A stretch of 64,000 bases of DNA from Pseudomonadota bacterium (GTDB lineage: Bacteria > Campylobacterota > Campylobacteria > Campylobacterales > Sulfurimonadaceae). The stretch covers positions 96,001-160,000 of the forward strand of contig JAZDQA010000011.1 in the NCBI GenBank assembly GCA_043797085.1, given 5' to 3'. Positions 38,879 to 49,328 of this stretch are shown piece after piece. Numbering within the stretch: the first letter of the stretch is position 1; the number at the start of each line of letters is the position of its first letter. A program made the position numbers and the translations under genes. Under the pieces are notes generated by a model. It did not search any database. It was not told where the DNA came from and saw only the letters and a program-made list of their open reading frames with translations.

Positions 38879-39798
38879 TAAAAAATTGGTTTCACTTTCT
38901 CTACATTTTCTTTTGTGACCAATTCTACGGGAATTAGAATATGTTTGGGCACTTTTTCACCTTTGAAAATTTTAGCGGCAATCTCAGCGGATTTTACCCC
39001 TCCCAAGGGAAACAAGACTGATCCGCTTTGTGTCCCTTTTCGAATAGCATCTCGCGCTTCGGAAGTATAATCGCATCCGACGGTAATCAAAGATGCCGGA
39101 TTGATACCATGATGTTCGAGTGCCAATCGGGCACCACTTAGCATGCTGTCACTTTCAGAGAAAATCGCATCGATTTTTTCACCGGAAGCAATCAGTTTTT
39201 CCATCTCGAAAATCGCATCTTTACGCAGATAGTTACCCGTGCGTTTAATCACATGAATTTCTTTGTATTTTCCGATGGTATCTAAAAATCCTTTGGACCG
39301 AAGCTTGGTGACATCAGCCGTTTGTATCCCCTCGAATAAAAGTACTTTTCCCTTTCCGTTAAGTCGTTTTGCAATGTACTGTGCACCAAGCATCCCGATT
39401 TTAATGTTATCAGAGTTGATAAACGTTGTATAGGCATCTCCTTGGATTCCACGGTCAAGAATGATGACGGGAGTTCCGCGCTTATACGCTTTAGCTATGA
39501 CAGGAACGACTGCTTTTTCATCGTTAGTCCCAATGATCAGAAGATCGGCTTTGGTGTCTATAAAATGGTTGATTTGGCTGATGAGTAGTGCTGTTTTTCC
39601 TTTGGCGTCAGAAGAGACGAAATGGATATTCGGATATTTTTTGAGCGCATCAGCAACTTCACGCGTTTGTGCTTTACGAAAATCATTTGCCATTGTATCT
39701 TGTGCAAATGCAACCGTTTTTCCATTGTTATCAGCCGCAGCAAGAATGGATGAACAAACTATCATTCCTGCTAGAATCATCTGTTTAAACGTCGTCAT
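38878..39798 (-). CDS. Periplasmic sugar-binding protein (RbsB-like)
   Basis: Signal peptide; PVIILDR, SDN.KIG, LRSKGF; 1-nt overlap with the downstream gene. Confidence 0.88.
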   Translation of the reverse strand: MTTFKQMILAGMIVCSSILAAADNNGKTVAFAQDTMANDFRKAQTREVADALKKYPNIHFVSSDAKGKTALLISQINHFIDTKADLLIIGTNDEKAVVPVIAKAYKRGTPVIILDRGIQGDAYTTFINSDNIKIGMLGAQYIAKRLNGKGKVLLFEGIQTADVTKLRSKGFLDTIGKYKEIHVIKRTGNYLRKDAIFEMEKLIASGEKIDAIFSESDSMLSGARLALEHHGINPASLITVGCDYTSEARDAIRKGTQSGSVLFPLGGVKSAEIAAKIFKGEKVPKHILIPVELVTKENVEKVKPIF

Positions 39799-40120
39799 GC
39801 TGATACTTTCCTTTTAAATATAGTCACTGATGTTACGCATATTAAGTGCATAACGTCAGATAGTCACAAATTTATTACCGCTATTCAAATTGGAGCCCAA
39901 GATTATTATCCGATGTCACATTACGATAGTAATGACATTTGAAATTTTATCGTGAAGACCATCATATTCAGCTTCAAAGACTAAACGACAATTTTGCTGA
40001 TAAAACCACTTACATATTATATTTATCTCATTTGACTCTTTTACAATGTTTTTATGCAAACGTAAGAAATTTAATTTTTTAAGTTTTAGTCCTGCTGTTA
40101 ATAGTCGTGAAGGTGAAAAT

Positions 40121-40552
40121 ATGCTACCAAAGTTAATTATAGTGACGGATTTAGACCACTTTAAGCTCTATACGAGAAAAGTAGATCCAAAAGGGAAATT
40201 GTCTCTTAGTCTGAGCATGAGCAAAAACAGTCTCAATTTGCATAAAAAGATAGGTGAAGCGTTTTTTGATGTACAAGGAAGCTTTCATGGAATTCGAGGA
40301 AGCGGAACAGGTGAAAGCTATTGCAGTAGAGTCGAAAAAGAACAACGTAAAATCAAAGAAATTTCAGAACAGATTACGACGGTTTTAGAAAATAACCCTC
40401 ATCAAAGATGGTCATTTTCTGCCCCCCAAGCCATTAATAATCATATTGTCGAGCTACTCCCTGAATCGATTAAAAATAGATTGAGAGAGAATCTTTATGC
40501 TAATTTGACAGCAATTCCAACGGATGAAGTCTTGGCACATTTTTCAAAATAG
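40121..40552 (+). CDS. Host attachment protein / baeRF-like
   Basis: LIIVTDLDHFKLY...WSFSAP....N...ANLT..P..EVL.HF. Confidence 0.7.
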   Translation: MLPKLIIVTDLDHFKLYTRKVDPKGKLSLSLSMSKNSLNLHKKIGEAFFDVQGSFHGIRGSGTGESYCSRVEKEQRKIKEISEQITTVLENNPHQRWSFSAPQAINNHIVELLPESIKNRLRENLYANLTAIPTDEVLAHFSK

Positions 40553-40573
40553 ACTTTTACTTAAGGATTTGGT

Positions 40574-41602
40574 ATGTCATCCATTGCATGGCTTTCACAC
40601 ACACTTGACGACGGAAGGATTGCGTGCGATGCCTGCAATCAAGAATGTAAACTTTTTGAAGGAGAGTACGGTATCTGCGGTGTCCGTAAAGTCGAAAACG
40701 CTCAAATGCATCTTCTCACCTATGGTCGTGCGGCAACGGTCAATGTCGGTTCTATTGAAAAAAAACCGTTGTTCCATTTTTTGCCTGATTCAGATGTCTT
40801 TTCGTTCGGAACAGTCGGATGCAATCTTTCATGCAAATTTTGCCAAAATCCCGATATTTCTCAGTATCCGAAAGAACATCATAATACGATATTAGGGCAT
40901 AAGCTTTCTCCTCAACGTGCGCTTAATCTCGCCATTGAAAATGGATGCCAAAGTATCGCCTATAGGTATAATGAGCCTGTCGTATTCTTCGAATACACGT
41001 ATGACACTGCCAAGTTGGCGTATGAAGCCGGACTCAATAACATCTATGTCTCAAGCGGTTATGAAACCCGAAAGGCGATTGATACTATCCTCCCATTTTT
41101 AGACGGTATGAATATCGATATCAAGGGATATAATGAATCGTTTTACAAAGATATATGCGGTTCATCGCTAAAACCCGTTTTAGAAACACTCGATTACGCC
41201 TATCAAAAAGGGATATGGATCGAAACCTCGACTCTTCTAATCCCCGGATGTAACGATTCTGATCAAGAGATTCGAGACATAGCAAAGTTTCAAGCCAGTC
41301 TTGATCCAAATATTCCTTGGCATATTAGCACCTACAATAATGCAAGGTATAAAATGCAAAACACCTCAAAAACACCTCAAGAAACACTGACTCGTGCTTA
41401 TGATATTGCTAAAGAAGTAGGATTAAACTATGTTTATACCGATACTATGAATGATATGTTGCGAGAATCAACCTATTGCCCGCATTGTGACAAATCGGTT
41501 ATTGATCGTCACAGCAGGGAGAGAAATTACGTCACAAACCATTTGTCTTCAAAAGGGCAATGCCCATGGTGCGGTACGGACATAGCAGGAGTATGGTTTT
41601 AA
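40574..41602 (+). CDS. amrS: AmmeMemoRadiSam-type radical SAM enzyme
   Basis: IEKKPLFHFLP, GCNLSCKFCQN, YNEP, C-terminal CPHC/CPWC. Confidence 0.88.
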   Translation: MSSIAWLSHTLDDGRIACDACNQECKLFEGEYGICGVRKVENAQMHLLTYGRAATVNVGSIEKKPLFHFLPDSDVFSFGTVGCNLSCKFCQNPDISQYPKEHHNTILGHKLSPQRALNLAIENGCQSIAYRYNEPVVFFEYTYDTAKLAYEAGLNNIYVSSGYETRKAIDTILPFLDGMNIDIKGYNESFYKDICGSSLKPVLETLDYAYQKGIWIETSTLLIPGCNDSDQEIRDIAKFQASLDPNIPWHISTYNNARYKMQNTSKTPQETLTRAYDIAKEVGLNYVYTDTMNDMLRESTYCPHCDKSVIDRHSRERNYVTNHLSSKGQCPWCGTDIAGVWF

Positions 41603-41613
41603 TAAGCTAATTG

Positions 41614-41645
41614 TTAACATTCTATTAACATTCTATCGCTATAAT
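41614..41645 (+). promoter_or_regulatory. 11-bp tandem repeat TTAACATTCTA x2 followed by a TATAAT -10 box
   Basis: Seen directly upstream of ORF 41652. Confidence 0.55.
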
Positions 41646-41651
41646 TCGTTT

Positions 41652-41843
41652 ATGATAAACAATTTAAATTATAAGCTTGACTTAATAGAAAAAAATATTG
41701 AACAAAAAAGCAGTTTAGAACTGCAGCTGTTTTTGCTTGATGCAAAAGAACACTTTCTCGATATATGTAGAGAACTCACGCCAGAGCAAGAAGTTACTTT
41801 AACCGACAAGATCGCAAAAATCGAAAAATACTTAGAAAACTGA
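41652..41843 (+). CDS. Small hypothetical protein
   Basis: 63-aa helical ORF behind a TATAAT box. Confidence 0.55.
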   Translation: MINNLNYKLDLIEKNIEQKSSLELQLFLLDAKEHFLDICRELTPEQEVTLTDKIAKIEKYLEN

Positions 41844-41937
41844 CCTGAGCGTTTTTTAACCTGAGGTATTCTCTCAACGCCGCTCAAGAGTGAATCTGAT
41901 TCCACAAACAATTTCTAATATATCACACAAGCGTCAA

Positions 41938-41993
41938 ATTCTCATTATATTCTCATTATTTATTGTTAACATGTTGTTAACATATCATTAACA
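41938..41993 (+). promoter_or_regulatory. 11-bp-period direct repeats (ATTCTCATTAT x2; TTAACA x3) upstream of the response regulator
   Basis: TTAACA at 41966, 41977 and 41988. Confidence 0.55.
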
Positions 41994-42038
41994 ATATGCA
42001 ACATAAGCTTTTATATCCGATAGACAAGAGGATAGACG

Positions 42039-42719
42039 ATGTTCACTATGCAGAATTTAAGTGTGCTTTATATTGAAAAAGATCTTGAAACTCGCCGCAG
42101 AGGTTCCTCTTTGATGCGTGACAACGGATTGAAGGTGTTTGAAACTTCAGACACAACAAACGGATGTGAATTATTTCGTATGAACGAGATTGATATCGTT
42201 ATGATTGATCTGGAACTTCCTGAAAATAGCGGCTTGAATTTTATCCGTTGTCTTCGGGGGAAAGATGTACTGACTCCGGTCATTATTACGACCGATCATT
42301 CGGATGAAGAGACGTTGTTTGAAGCGATCAATCTCGATATTACACGATATCTGATAAAACCCTGCAAAGAAAGTTCACTGCTCGAAGCCCTTCAAATGGC
42401 AATCAAAAAAACCGTTAACGCCCACCCGATAACGTATACCAAGCTACACCATGGTTTTAGTTACGATCCAATCAATAAAAGTGTCAATAACCCTGATGGA
42501 ACGGTGAGTCATTTAAGCAAAAAAAATCACCTTTTTATCGAACTGCTTTTAAAAAACAAGAAGAGTATCATCCCCTATGATGTTATAGAAATGCTCGTAT
42601 GGGAAGGCTCTATGATGACAATGGATGCCCTGCGTACATTGGTTCGCAGTGTTCGTAAAAAGACCTATATGGATATTGTTTCCAACCACAATGGGATCGG
42701 TTATAAAATCAATATTTGA
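42039..42719 (+). CDS. OmpR-family response regulator
   Basis: REC domain (MIDLELP, YLIKP) plus wHTH (LRTLVRSVRKK, GIGYKI). Confidence 0.9.
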   Translation: MFTMQNLSVLYIEKDLETRRRGSSLMRDNGLKVFETSDTTNGCELFRMNEIDIVMIDLELPENSGLNFIRCLRGKDVLTPVIITTDHSDEETLFEAINLDITRYLIKPCKESSLLEALQMAIKKTVNAHPITYTKLHHGFSYDPINKSVNNPDGTVSHLSKKNHLFIELLLKNKKSIIPYDVIEMLVWEGSMMTMDALRTLVRSVRKKTYMDIVSNHNGIGYKINI

Positions 42720-42836
42720 TCTAAGAAGAGTAGTGTGATTTCGGAAGCACTTCAAAATATGATTTAAATTATTTTTTAAGAAAATATATTACTGTGCTAT
42801 AATCAACCTAAGTAAATAACATTACAAAGGGGATGT

Positions 42837-45500
42837 TTGGTGCGGGAAGTTATTTTATTTTTTATCTTTTTTACATCATTATGTGCAACCACAATTCTTC
42901 ATCAAACCGTTAATGTCGGAGTTCTCTCTTTTCGTCCTCTCGATGAGAATCAAAAAATATGGAAACCTCTCAAAGATGAAGTTCACGCCTCCAATCCATT
43001 TCTTGATCTAAATATCACTTCCGGAAGTTTAGAAGAGATAGAAAAACTCACCGAAAAAAATGCTCTTGATTTTGTTGTCGTTCATCCTGCTGCTTTTGTG
43101 GAAATGGAGTACAAATACGGTATTTCTAATATCGCTTCCATTGTTCGAGAAACCACATCAAACGGTAATCATCTCACAACATACGGCGGTGTCATTGTTG
43201 CCCTATCCAATCGTCATGATGTTCATACGCTTTTGGATGTTCGCGGGAAAACCATCGCGACAACGCATAAAGAGGGGTTTGCTGCAATGCTTATGCAGCA
43301 AGAAACGCTCTCACAAGCCGGTATAGATATTCTTCGTGAGTGTAAAATGCTTTATACCGGTCAGCCATCAGAGACTGTGATTGATGCTCTTCGTGAGGGT
43401 AAAGCCGATATTGCTTTTGTTCGTACCGGATACATCGAAGAGATGATCAGTAAAGGTAAACTAAAAGAAGCCGAACTTACTATTATAAATCCACAAAAAG
43501 AAAAAAACTTCCCCTATCTTCTCTCTACTAAGCTTTATCCCGAATGGGCCGTTGCATCTACATCTCGTCCATCGGCTGATACAATCAAGGCATTTACGAT
43601 CGCACTGTATCAAATTCACACCGATGATTCAAAAGATTTTCATGAATTTTCCATCCCTCTTTCGAATCAAGCCGCACGGGAACTTATGCAAAAATTCCAT
43701 GTTTATCCATTTGATAATACATCTACACTGCAAGATATAGTAAAAAAATACAGCATCGCTTTAATCACATTTTTTGCATTATTAGCGATTGGAAGCGTAC
43801 TCTTTACTTTGTATTATTTTTTATCAAAACGTAAAGCATTTAAACAAGCCAAACAAATAGAATTGATTCTCGCCACTGCAACCGATGGAATTCATGTACA
43901 CGATACCAAAGGAAATTTGATTCTCTTTAGCGACTCGTTTGCACAAATGCTCGGATACACCAGAGATGAGACAGCAAAGTTGAACATTTATGATTGGGAT
44001 AAACATTTTGATCCTGAAAAAATTATCAATATGATGGAATCTATAGAGGATAAAACACTCAAATTTGAAACCAAACATCTCCGTAAAAATGGAACTGAAT
44101 TTGATGTAGAGATTCATTCCAAAGGGATGGTTCTTAATGGTAATCCCTATATTTTTGCTTCTGCAAGGGATATTACCCATCAAAAAGAAGATCAAAAACG
44201 CCTTCTTGAAGAGAAAAACCGTTTTGATCATCTCGCTCATCACGATCCGCTCACCGGTTTTCCGAATCGTCTTAGTCTGATCGAAAAACTGGAAGATAAA
44301 ATTTCTCATTACAGTGATCATCCCTTTGCCCTTATGTTTCTCGATTTGGATGGTTTTAAAGAGATTAATGATTCTTTCGGTCACCGTTTTGGAGATCAGC
44401 TACTCATCTTATTCTCGAAACTTCTGCAAAATCTGCTTCCGGATGATACTTTTATCGTCCGTACGGGGGGAGATGAGTTTGTTATACTGATGATGTGTAA
44501 AGAAAATAAAGGGCAGATAGAACAACTTTTACTGCACCTTATTCAAAAGCTTAATGACCCCTTTAATATTGATCTGATTGATGTCTATATCACGGCAAGT
44601 ATTGGTATCGCGATATATCCGCAAGATGGATCTACTCACGAAGAACTCTTACAAAAAGCCGATGCGGCTATGTACAATGCCAAAAATATCGGTAAAAATA
44701 CCTACAGTTTTTACAATACCCTATTTACTGAAAAAGCGCTCCAACGTACAATACTCTCTACTCAATTGAAAAAAGCAATTCAAAACAATGAACTGGAACT
44801 TTATTTTCAGCCTCAGGTCGATGTTGATACCGGTAATATCATCGGGGCTGAAGCACTTATGCGATGGATGACACCCAATGGAATGATCCCGCCATCAATG
44901 TTTATCCCAATAGCTGAAGAGAGCGGATTGATCTTAGAAGTAGGAAAATTTGCACTGATGCAAGGGTGCAGTACTGCTGTAGCTTTGTCAAATGAAGAGA
45001 TGCTGCATGGTCGAATTGCCATTAACGTTTCGGCCCGTCAACTGGCACATCTGGATTTTCTTGCGACTCTTGACGATGTCCTTAATTTGACTCAATGTAA
45101 TCCGCAGTATATTGAACTTGAAATTACTGAAAGTTCTATCCTTGAAAATCCTGAAAAAATGATTGCATTATTGAGCGTGATTAAGTCGAAAGGATTTAAT
45201 ATTTCTATCGATGATTTCGGTACCGGGTATTCGTCCCTCTCGTATCTTAAAAATCTTCCTATCGATAAACTCAAAATCGATCAGTCTTTTATTCGAAATA
45301 TTACGCATGAACATAAAAATCAAACGATTGTAAAAACGATCATATCTTTGGCTAAAGGGCTTGGAATGAGTGTGCTTGCTGAGGGAGTCGAAACCGAAGA
45401 TGAGATGCTGTTTTTACGGAATAACGGTATTGATTCTATACAAGGATATTATTATCATAAGCCGATGAAGATCGATTCATTTAGAGAAATAGTGAAGTAA
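42837..45500 (+). CDS. PhnD-like binding domain-TM-PAS-GGDEF-EAL protein
   Basis: STKLYPEW, PAS, RTGGDEF, EALMRW, DDFGTGYSSL. Confidence 0.92.
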   Translation: MVREVILFFIFFTSLCATTILHQTVNVGVLSFRPLDENQKIWKPLKDEVHASNPFLDLNITSGSLEEIEKLTEKNALDFVVVHPAAFVEMEYKYGISNIASIVRETTSNGNHLTTYGGVIVALSNRHDVHTLLDVRGKTIATTHKEGFAAMLMQQETLSQAGIDILRECKMLYTGQPSETVIDALREGKADIAFVRTGYIEEMISKGKLKEAELTIINPQKEKNFPYLLSTKLYPEWAVASTSRPSADTIKAFTIALYQIHTDDSKDFHEFSIPLSNQAARELMQKFHVYPFDNTSTLQDIVKKYSIALITFFALLAIGSVLFTLYYFLSKRKAFKQAKQIELILATATDGIHVHDTKGNLILFSDSFAQMLGYTRDETAKLNIYDWDKHFDPEKIINMMESIEDKTLKFETKHLRKNGTEFDVEIHSKGMVLNGNPYIFASARDITHQKEDQKRLLEEKNRFDHLAHHDPLTGFPNRLSLIEKLEDKISHYSDHPFALMFLDLDGFKEINDSFGHRFGDQLLILFSKLLQNLLPDDTFIVRTGGDEFVILMMCKENKGQIEQLLLHLIQKLNDPFNIDLIDVYITASIGIAIYPQDGSTHEELLQKADAAMYNAKNIGKNTYSFYNTLFTEKALQRTILSTQLKKAIQNNELELYFQPQVDVDTGNIIGAEALMRWMTPNGMIPPSMFIPIAEESGLILEVGKFALMQGCSTAVALSNEEMLHGRIAINVSARQLAHLDFLATLDDVLNLTQCNPQYIELEITESSILENPEKMIALLSVIKSKGFNISIDDFGTGYSSLSYLKNLPIDKLKIDQSFIRNITHEHKNQTIVKTIISLAKGLGMSVLAEGVETEDEMLFLRNNGIDSIQGYYYHKPMKIDSFREIVK

Positions 45501-45575
45501 TCTCCGTCTTTATAAAAGTTGATCCTTGAGTTTTGAATCTGCTATACTATCATTATAGATGGTAAAGGACGCAAG

Positions 45576-47276
45576 ATGAGTGAAAGTGCCTTATGTGATG
45601 AATTTCTTAGTGAAATGACACTGTTGTGTGTCGAGGATGATAAATATTCACAGATGCTTTACCCTTTACTTTTTGATGACATTGTTTCGAGAGTGATTCT
45701 CGTTGATAATGAAGTCGAAGCATATCGGCGATTTAAAGAAGATCACGTTGATATTATTATCACTGATTATCATTTGCCACAGCTCAATGGTCTTGCGCTA
45801 ATTCAAAAAATACGTGCAGACAATTCCACTATTCCTATAATTTTTGTTACAGCCATTGATGAGACGAATGTCATTATTGAGGCGCTAAAGTTGCATGTGT
45901 CTAATTTTGTTCGTAAGCCTATTAATACAGCAGAGTTGCTGGATGTTGTAACGGTTGCTGCAAAAATGGTGATTGCTGAGCGTTACATGGAAGACGAGAG
46001 AAGCAAAAAGCTTGAGCAGCTGCATGAGAAAGAGCAGTACAGTGCTTATCAGCAAAAATTGGCTTTTGATAAAGAACTTAACATTTTACGAAATGATTTT
46101 TACTATCAGATGCTTGAGTCTCCTTTGTATCACAAAGATGGAAGTTTTACCATTCCGGATTTTATTTATCGTCCGCTTGACATCCTTAGCGGTGACGCGT
46201 ATTCAGCACGTAGGATAGATGAATATCAAACGCTTTATTTACTAGTAGACGGAATGGGCAAGGGTATGTCCGCTTCGCTGAGTGCGATGCTAATGACATC
46301 CCATATCAACCATATGATTGACGGGATGCTTAAACAAGAAAAGTTTGATTTTCATGAGCTAATTATTAATGCAATGGATTATATTAGACCAATTTTACTT
46401 GATGATGAAATGCTTTCTATTGATTTTTACCTTATTAATCAAGAGCATAATACGATGTATTATGCAAAATTTGCGATGCCTCCCTCATTACTGCAGGATA
46501 ATACAAACAGGGTTATTAAAATCAAATCGAATAACCCGCCAATGAATAAATATCAAAATCAATTTAATATAGCACAAATAGATATTACGTCGATCATTAA
46601 ATTTCTTTTCTGCACGGACGGTCTTGTCGAAAATACTCTTAAAGGGGGGACTGGTATTTATGAAGAGATGGTGGAAGAAGATTTTGTAAACGCATTTACC
46701 AAAGAGGAGTTAAAAAAGCTCTTTTTTGAAAAAATTGAGACTCAAGAAGATGATGTGACACTGATATTTATAACCGATTTTACTTTAGGGGACAGTATTG
46801 TACATCATCGTATCTTCGCTTCTTCTCTGAGTGCACTTGGTGAAGCTGGAGATTGGTATGAGTCACTTTGGCATGTGCTAATTTCGGATCGTCATCCGAT
46901 TATCGAGAATGCTCAAGTTGTTTTTACCGAACTGATGATGAATGCTTATGAGCATGGAAATTTGGGGATTAGAGCAGAGACAAAGCATCATCTCATGGCG
47001 GAAGATCAATATCTCGATACATTGATGGCGAGTGAGGCGGGATGCAGTAAAATGATAGATGTAAAAATTCGCATCTTTAATCACAATACAAGCAGATACG
47101 TCGTGACACAGATTACGGATGAGGGGGCTGGATTTGACACCAAAGAACTTAGTCAAATATTTAGAAATACGACCCGTTTTAATGGTAGGGGTGTCTATCT
47201 TTCTCGACAGTCTTCTCTGGGGATTTATTATAATAAGCTCGGAAATTCAGTAATATTTTTACATAAAATATCCTAA
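45576..47276 (+). CDS. REC-PP2C(SpoIIE)-Ser kinase partner-switch regulator (HsbR/SypE-like)
   Basis: REC; LSGDAY, VDGMGKG, TDGLVE, DDVT; ELMMNAYEHGN, DEGAGFD, GRG. Confidence 0.88.
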   Translation: MSESALCDEFLSEMTLLCVEDDKYSQMLYPLLFDDIVSRVILVDNEVEAYRRFKEDHVDIIITDYHLPQLNGLALIQKIRADNSTIPIIFVTAIDETNVIIEALKLHVSNFVRKPINTAELLDVVTVAAKMVIAERYMEDERSKKLEQLHEKEQYSAYQQKLAFDKELNILRNDFYYQMLESPLYHKDGSFTIPDFIYRPLDILSGDAYSARRIDEYQTLYLLVDGMGKGMSASLSAMLMTSHINHMIDGMLKQEKFDFHELIINAMDYIRPILLDDEMLSIDFYLINQEHNTMYYAKFAMPPSLLQDNTNRVIKIKSNNPPMNKYQNQFNIAQIDITSIIKFLFCTDGLVENTLKGGTGIYEEMVEEDFVNAFTKEELKKLFFEKIETQEDDVTLIFITDFTLGDSIVHHRIFASSLSALGEAGDWYESLWHVLISDRHPIIENAQVVFTELMMNAYEHGNLGIRAETKHHLMAEDQYLDTLMASEAGCSKMIDVKIRIFNHNTSRYVVTQITDEGAGFDTKELSQIFRNTTRFNGRGVYLSRQSSLGIYYNKLGNSVIFLHKIS

Positions 47277-47318
47277 ACATTAAAAAAATGATACAATAAT
47301 CTTATTAAAGGAATAGCA

Positions 47319-47627
47319 ATGGAAAGTAAAATTATCAACGAAAATATACGCACCGTTTTGAGTGTGAGCGGTATTGTCAAGACAATCAGTGATACAGTTG
47401 TACTCAAAGAACAGATTGGTTCGTTGTTACAGCGTGAACCTGATAAGCAAATCGTTATTGATTTCCTGGATACTTTTGTAATCCCTTCTGCATTGATCGG
47501 TACATTGCAAAAATTCATTCTTGGTGATAAAGCCAAAATCTCGGTGATTGCAAGAGAACCGCAATTGTATGACTTACTGGATAATTTATGTCTGACATCA
47601 CAACTCAATGTAACCAAAAAATACTGA
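47319..47627 (+). CDS. STAS-like anti-anti-sigma factor
   Basis: IVIDF.D...I.SALIG.L pattern, 102 aa, directly after the PP2C/kinase. Confidence 0.75.
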   Translation: MESKIINENIRTVLSVSGIVKTISDTVVLKEQIGSLLQREPDKQIVIDFLDTFVIPSALIGTLQKFILGDKAKISVIAREPQLYDLLDNLCLTSQLNVTKKY

Positions 47628-47640
47628 TAAAGGATTTTTA

Positions 47641-49233
47641 ATGATGAAGGTACGCCGTTCAATCGGATTGAAGATAATGTTGTATTTAATTGCTATTTTA
47701 CTTATAACTTCTGTGGTATTGCAGTTGGTAGTGACCCGAGAGTTTAAAGAAGCACAGCTTGAATCAGGAAAAAAGCATTTGCAGATGTTAAGTGCTTCTG
47801 TATTTCAGACCGTTCGTGGTGCAATGAACTTGGGCGATCCTGTCGCGGTTGAAGAAACCATAAAAAAAGCCGGAGAGATTGATGGAGTAAAAAAGCTGAC
47901 TATTTACAAATCGCCACAAGTTATAGAGCTTTTTAAACTTCCGCAACAGTCTGAAATTCCAAAAGAAGCCGTTAATGTATTTAAAAATGTCAAAGAAACA
48001 ACGGTGGTTAGTGAGGATGGTCATGTATTGAAAATTTTTAGTCCTCTTGTTGCGACTAATGAGTGTCTAATGTGTCATACAAATGCTAAAGAAGGTGATG
48101 TTCTTGGGGTAATGGATCTTGAATATTCACTTGAAGATCTTGAAAATGACATTTCTGTTATGACTAAAAAAACTATTTTGACGATGGCAGGAGGAGCAAT
48201 TTTTACCATTTTATTTTTGATGATTATGCTTCGCCGTATTATTGGAATTCCTCTCCAAGAATTATTGCAGCGAGTTAAAGATTTGGCAAGCGGTGAAGGA
48301 GATTTGACCGCTCGAGTTAGTGTTAAAAGTGAAGATGAACTAGGTGAAATTGCCTATCATATCAATCTTTTTATTGAAAAGATCCGTCAGGTTGCTGTTT
48401 CGGTTCTAGCTACTGCATCCGATTCGGAGCATATTGCTACTGTGTTATCTGCGCATGCTACCGCACTTCAAAGCAGTACTATGTCTCAAAGTGCCAAAGT
48501 GGATGAATCAAAAAAACTTACAGAGTTGGTCGAAAAAGATCTTGATTTAAGTGAAGAATATTCTATTCAAACCGCTGAAGAGATGCTCAAAAGTTATCAA
48601 GCTCTTGAAATGATGGTGGCTTCATTGGACGATGTTGTGGTCAATATTCTCACTGCCAGCAGTCGAGAGCTTGATACAAGTGCCAAAGTGGTAGAAACCG
48701 CTCAGCAGACGATGGAGATCAAAAAAATACTTACCATTATTCGAGATATTGCGGACCAGACCAATTTACTAGCACTTAATGCGGCAATTGAGGCGGCACG
48801 TGCAGGTGAGCATGGAAGAGGATTTGCCGTAGTTGCTGATGAAGTCCGTAAACTGGCAGAGCGGACACAAAAGAGTTTGTCTGAGATTGATGCAACCGTC
48901 AATATTGTGGTTCAAAGTGTCGAAGATGTAAGCCAAACGATGCATGAAAATGCGAAACGCATTAATCATATAAGCGAAGAAGCTTCTTTGGTAAAAGACC
49001 AAGCGGCTGAAACAAAAAATACCAACAAAATAACGAGTGAAATAGCGAAAAAAGCTTCAATGGAGGTTGTATCGATTGGACAACGTACGAAGGAATTGAT
49101 GAATAAAATGATAGAAACATCACATCTTGCTGCTGAAAATGAACAAATTGCAAATGAATTGCAGCAAATTGCGGGCAAACTTGATGGAGTGACCCATGAG
49201 CTTACTCGCGAGCTTGGTGCGTTTAAAGTATAG
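47641..49233 (+). CDS. Methyl-accepting chemotaxis protein with periplasmic haem-c motif
   Basis: CLMCH between two TMs; [42 protein letters not shown]. Confidence 0.95.
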   Translation: MMKVRRSIGLKIMLYLIAILLITSVVLQLVVTREFKEAQLESGKKHLQMLSASVFQTVRGAMNLGDPVAVEETIKKAGEIDGVKKLTIYKSPQVIELFKLPQQSEIPKEAVNVFKNVKETTVVSEDGHVLKIFSPLVATNECLMCHTNAKEGDVLGVMDLEYSLEDLENDISVMTKKTILTMAGGAIFTILFLMIMLRRIIGIPLQELLQRVKDLASGEGDLTARVSVKSEDELGEIAYHINLFIEKIRQVAVSVLATASDSEHIATVLSAHATALQSSTMSQSAKVDESKKLTELVEKDLDLSEEYSIQTAEEMLKSYQALEMMVASLDDVVVNILTASSRELDTSAKVVETAQQTMEIKKILTIIRDIADQTNLLALNAAIEAARAGEHGRGFAVVADEVRKLAERTQKSLSEIDATVNIVVQSVEDVSQTMHENAKRINHISEEASLVKDQAAETKNTNKITSEIAKKASMEVVSIGQRTKELMNKMIETSHLAAENEQIANELQQIAGKLDGVTHELTRELGAFKV

Positions 49234-49328
49234 GGTATTATACAGCCTTAAAATGCCATGTTCTGGGATTTACAAGGCGACCTGTTGTATAATATTTTAT
49301 TAATTTTTAAAACAAAGTACTTAACTAT

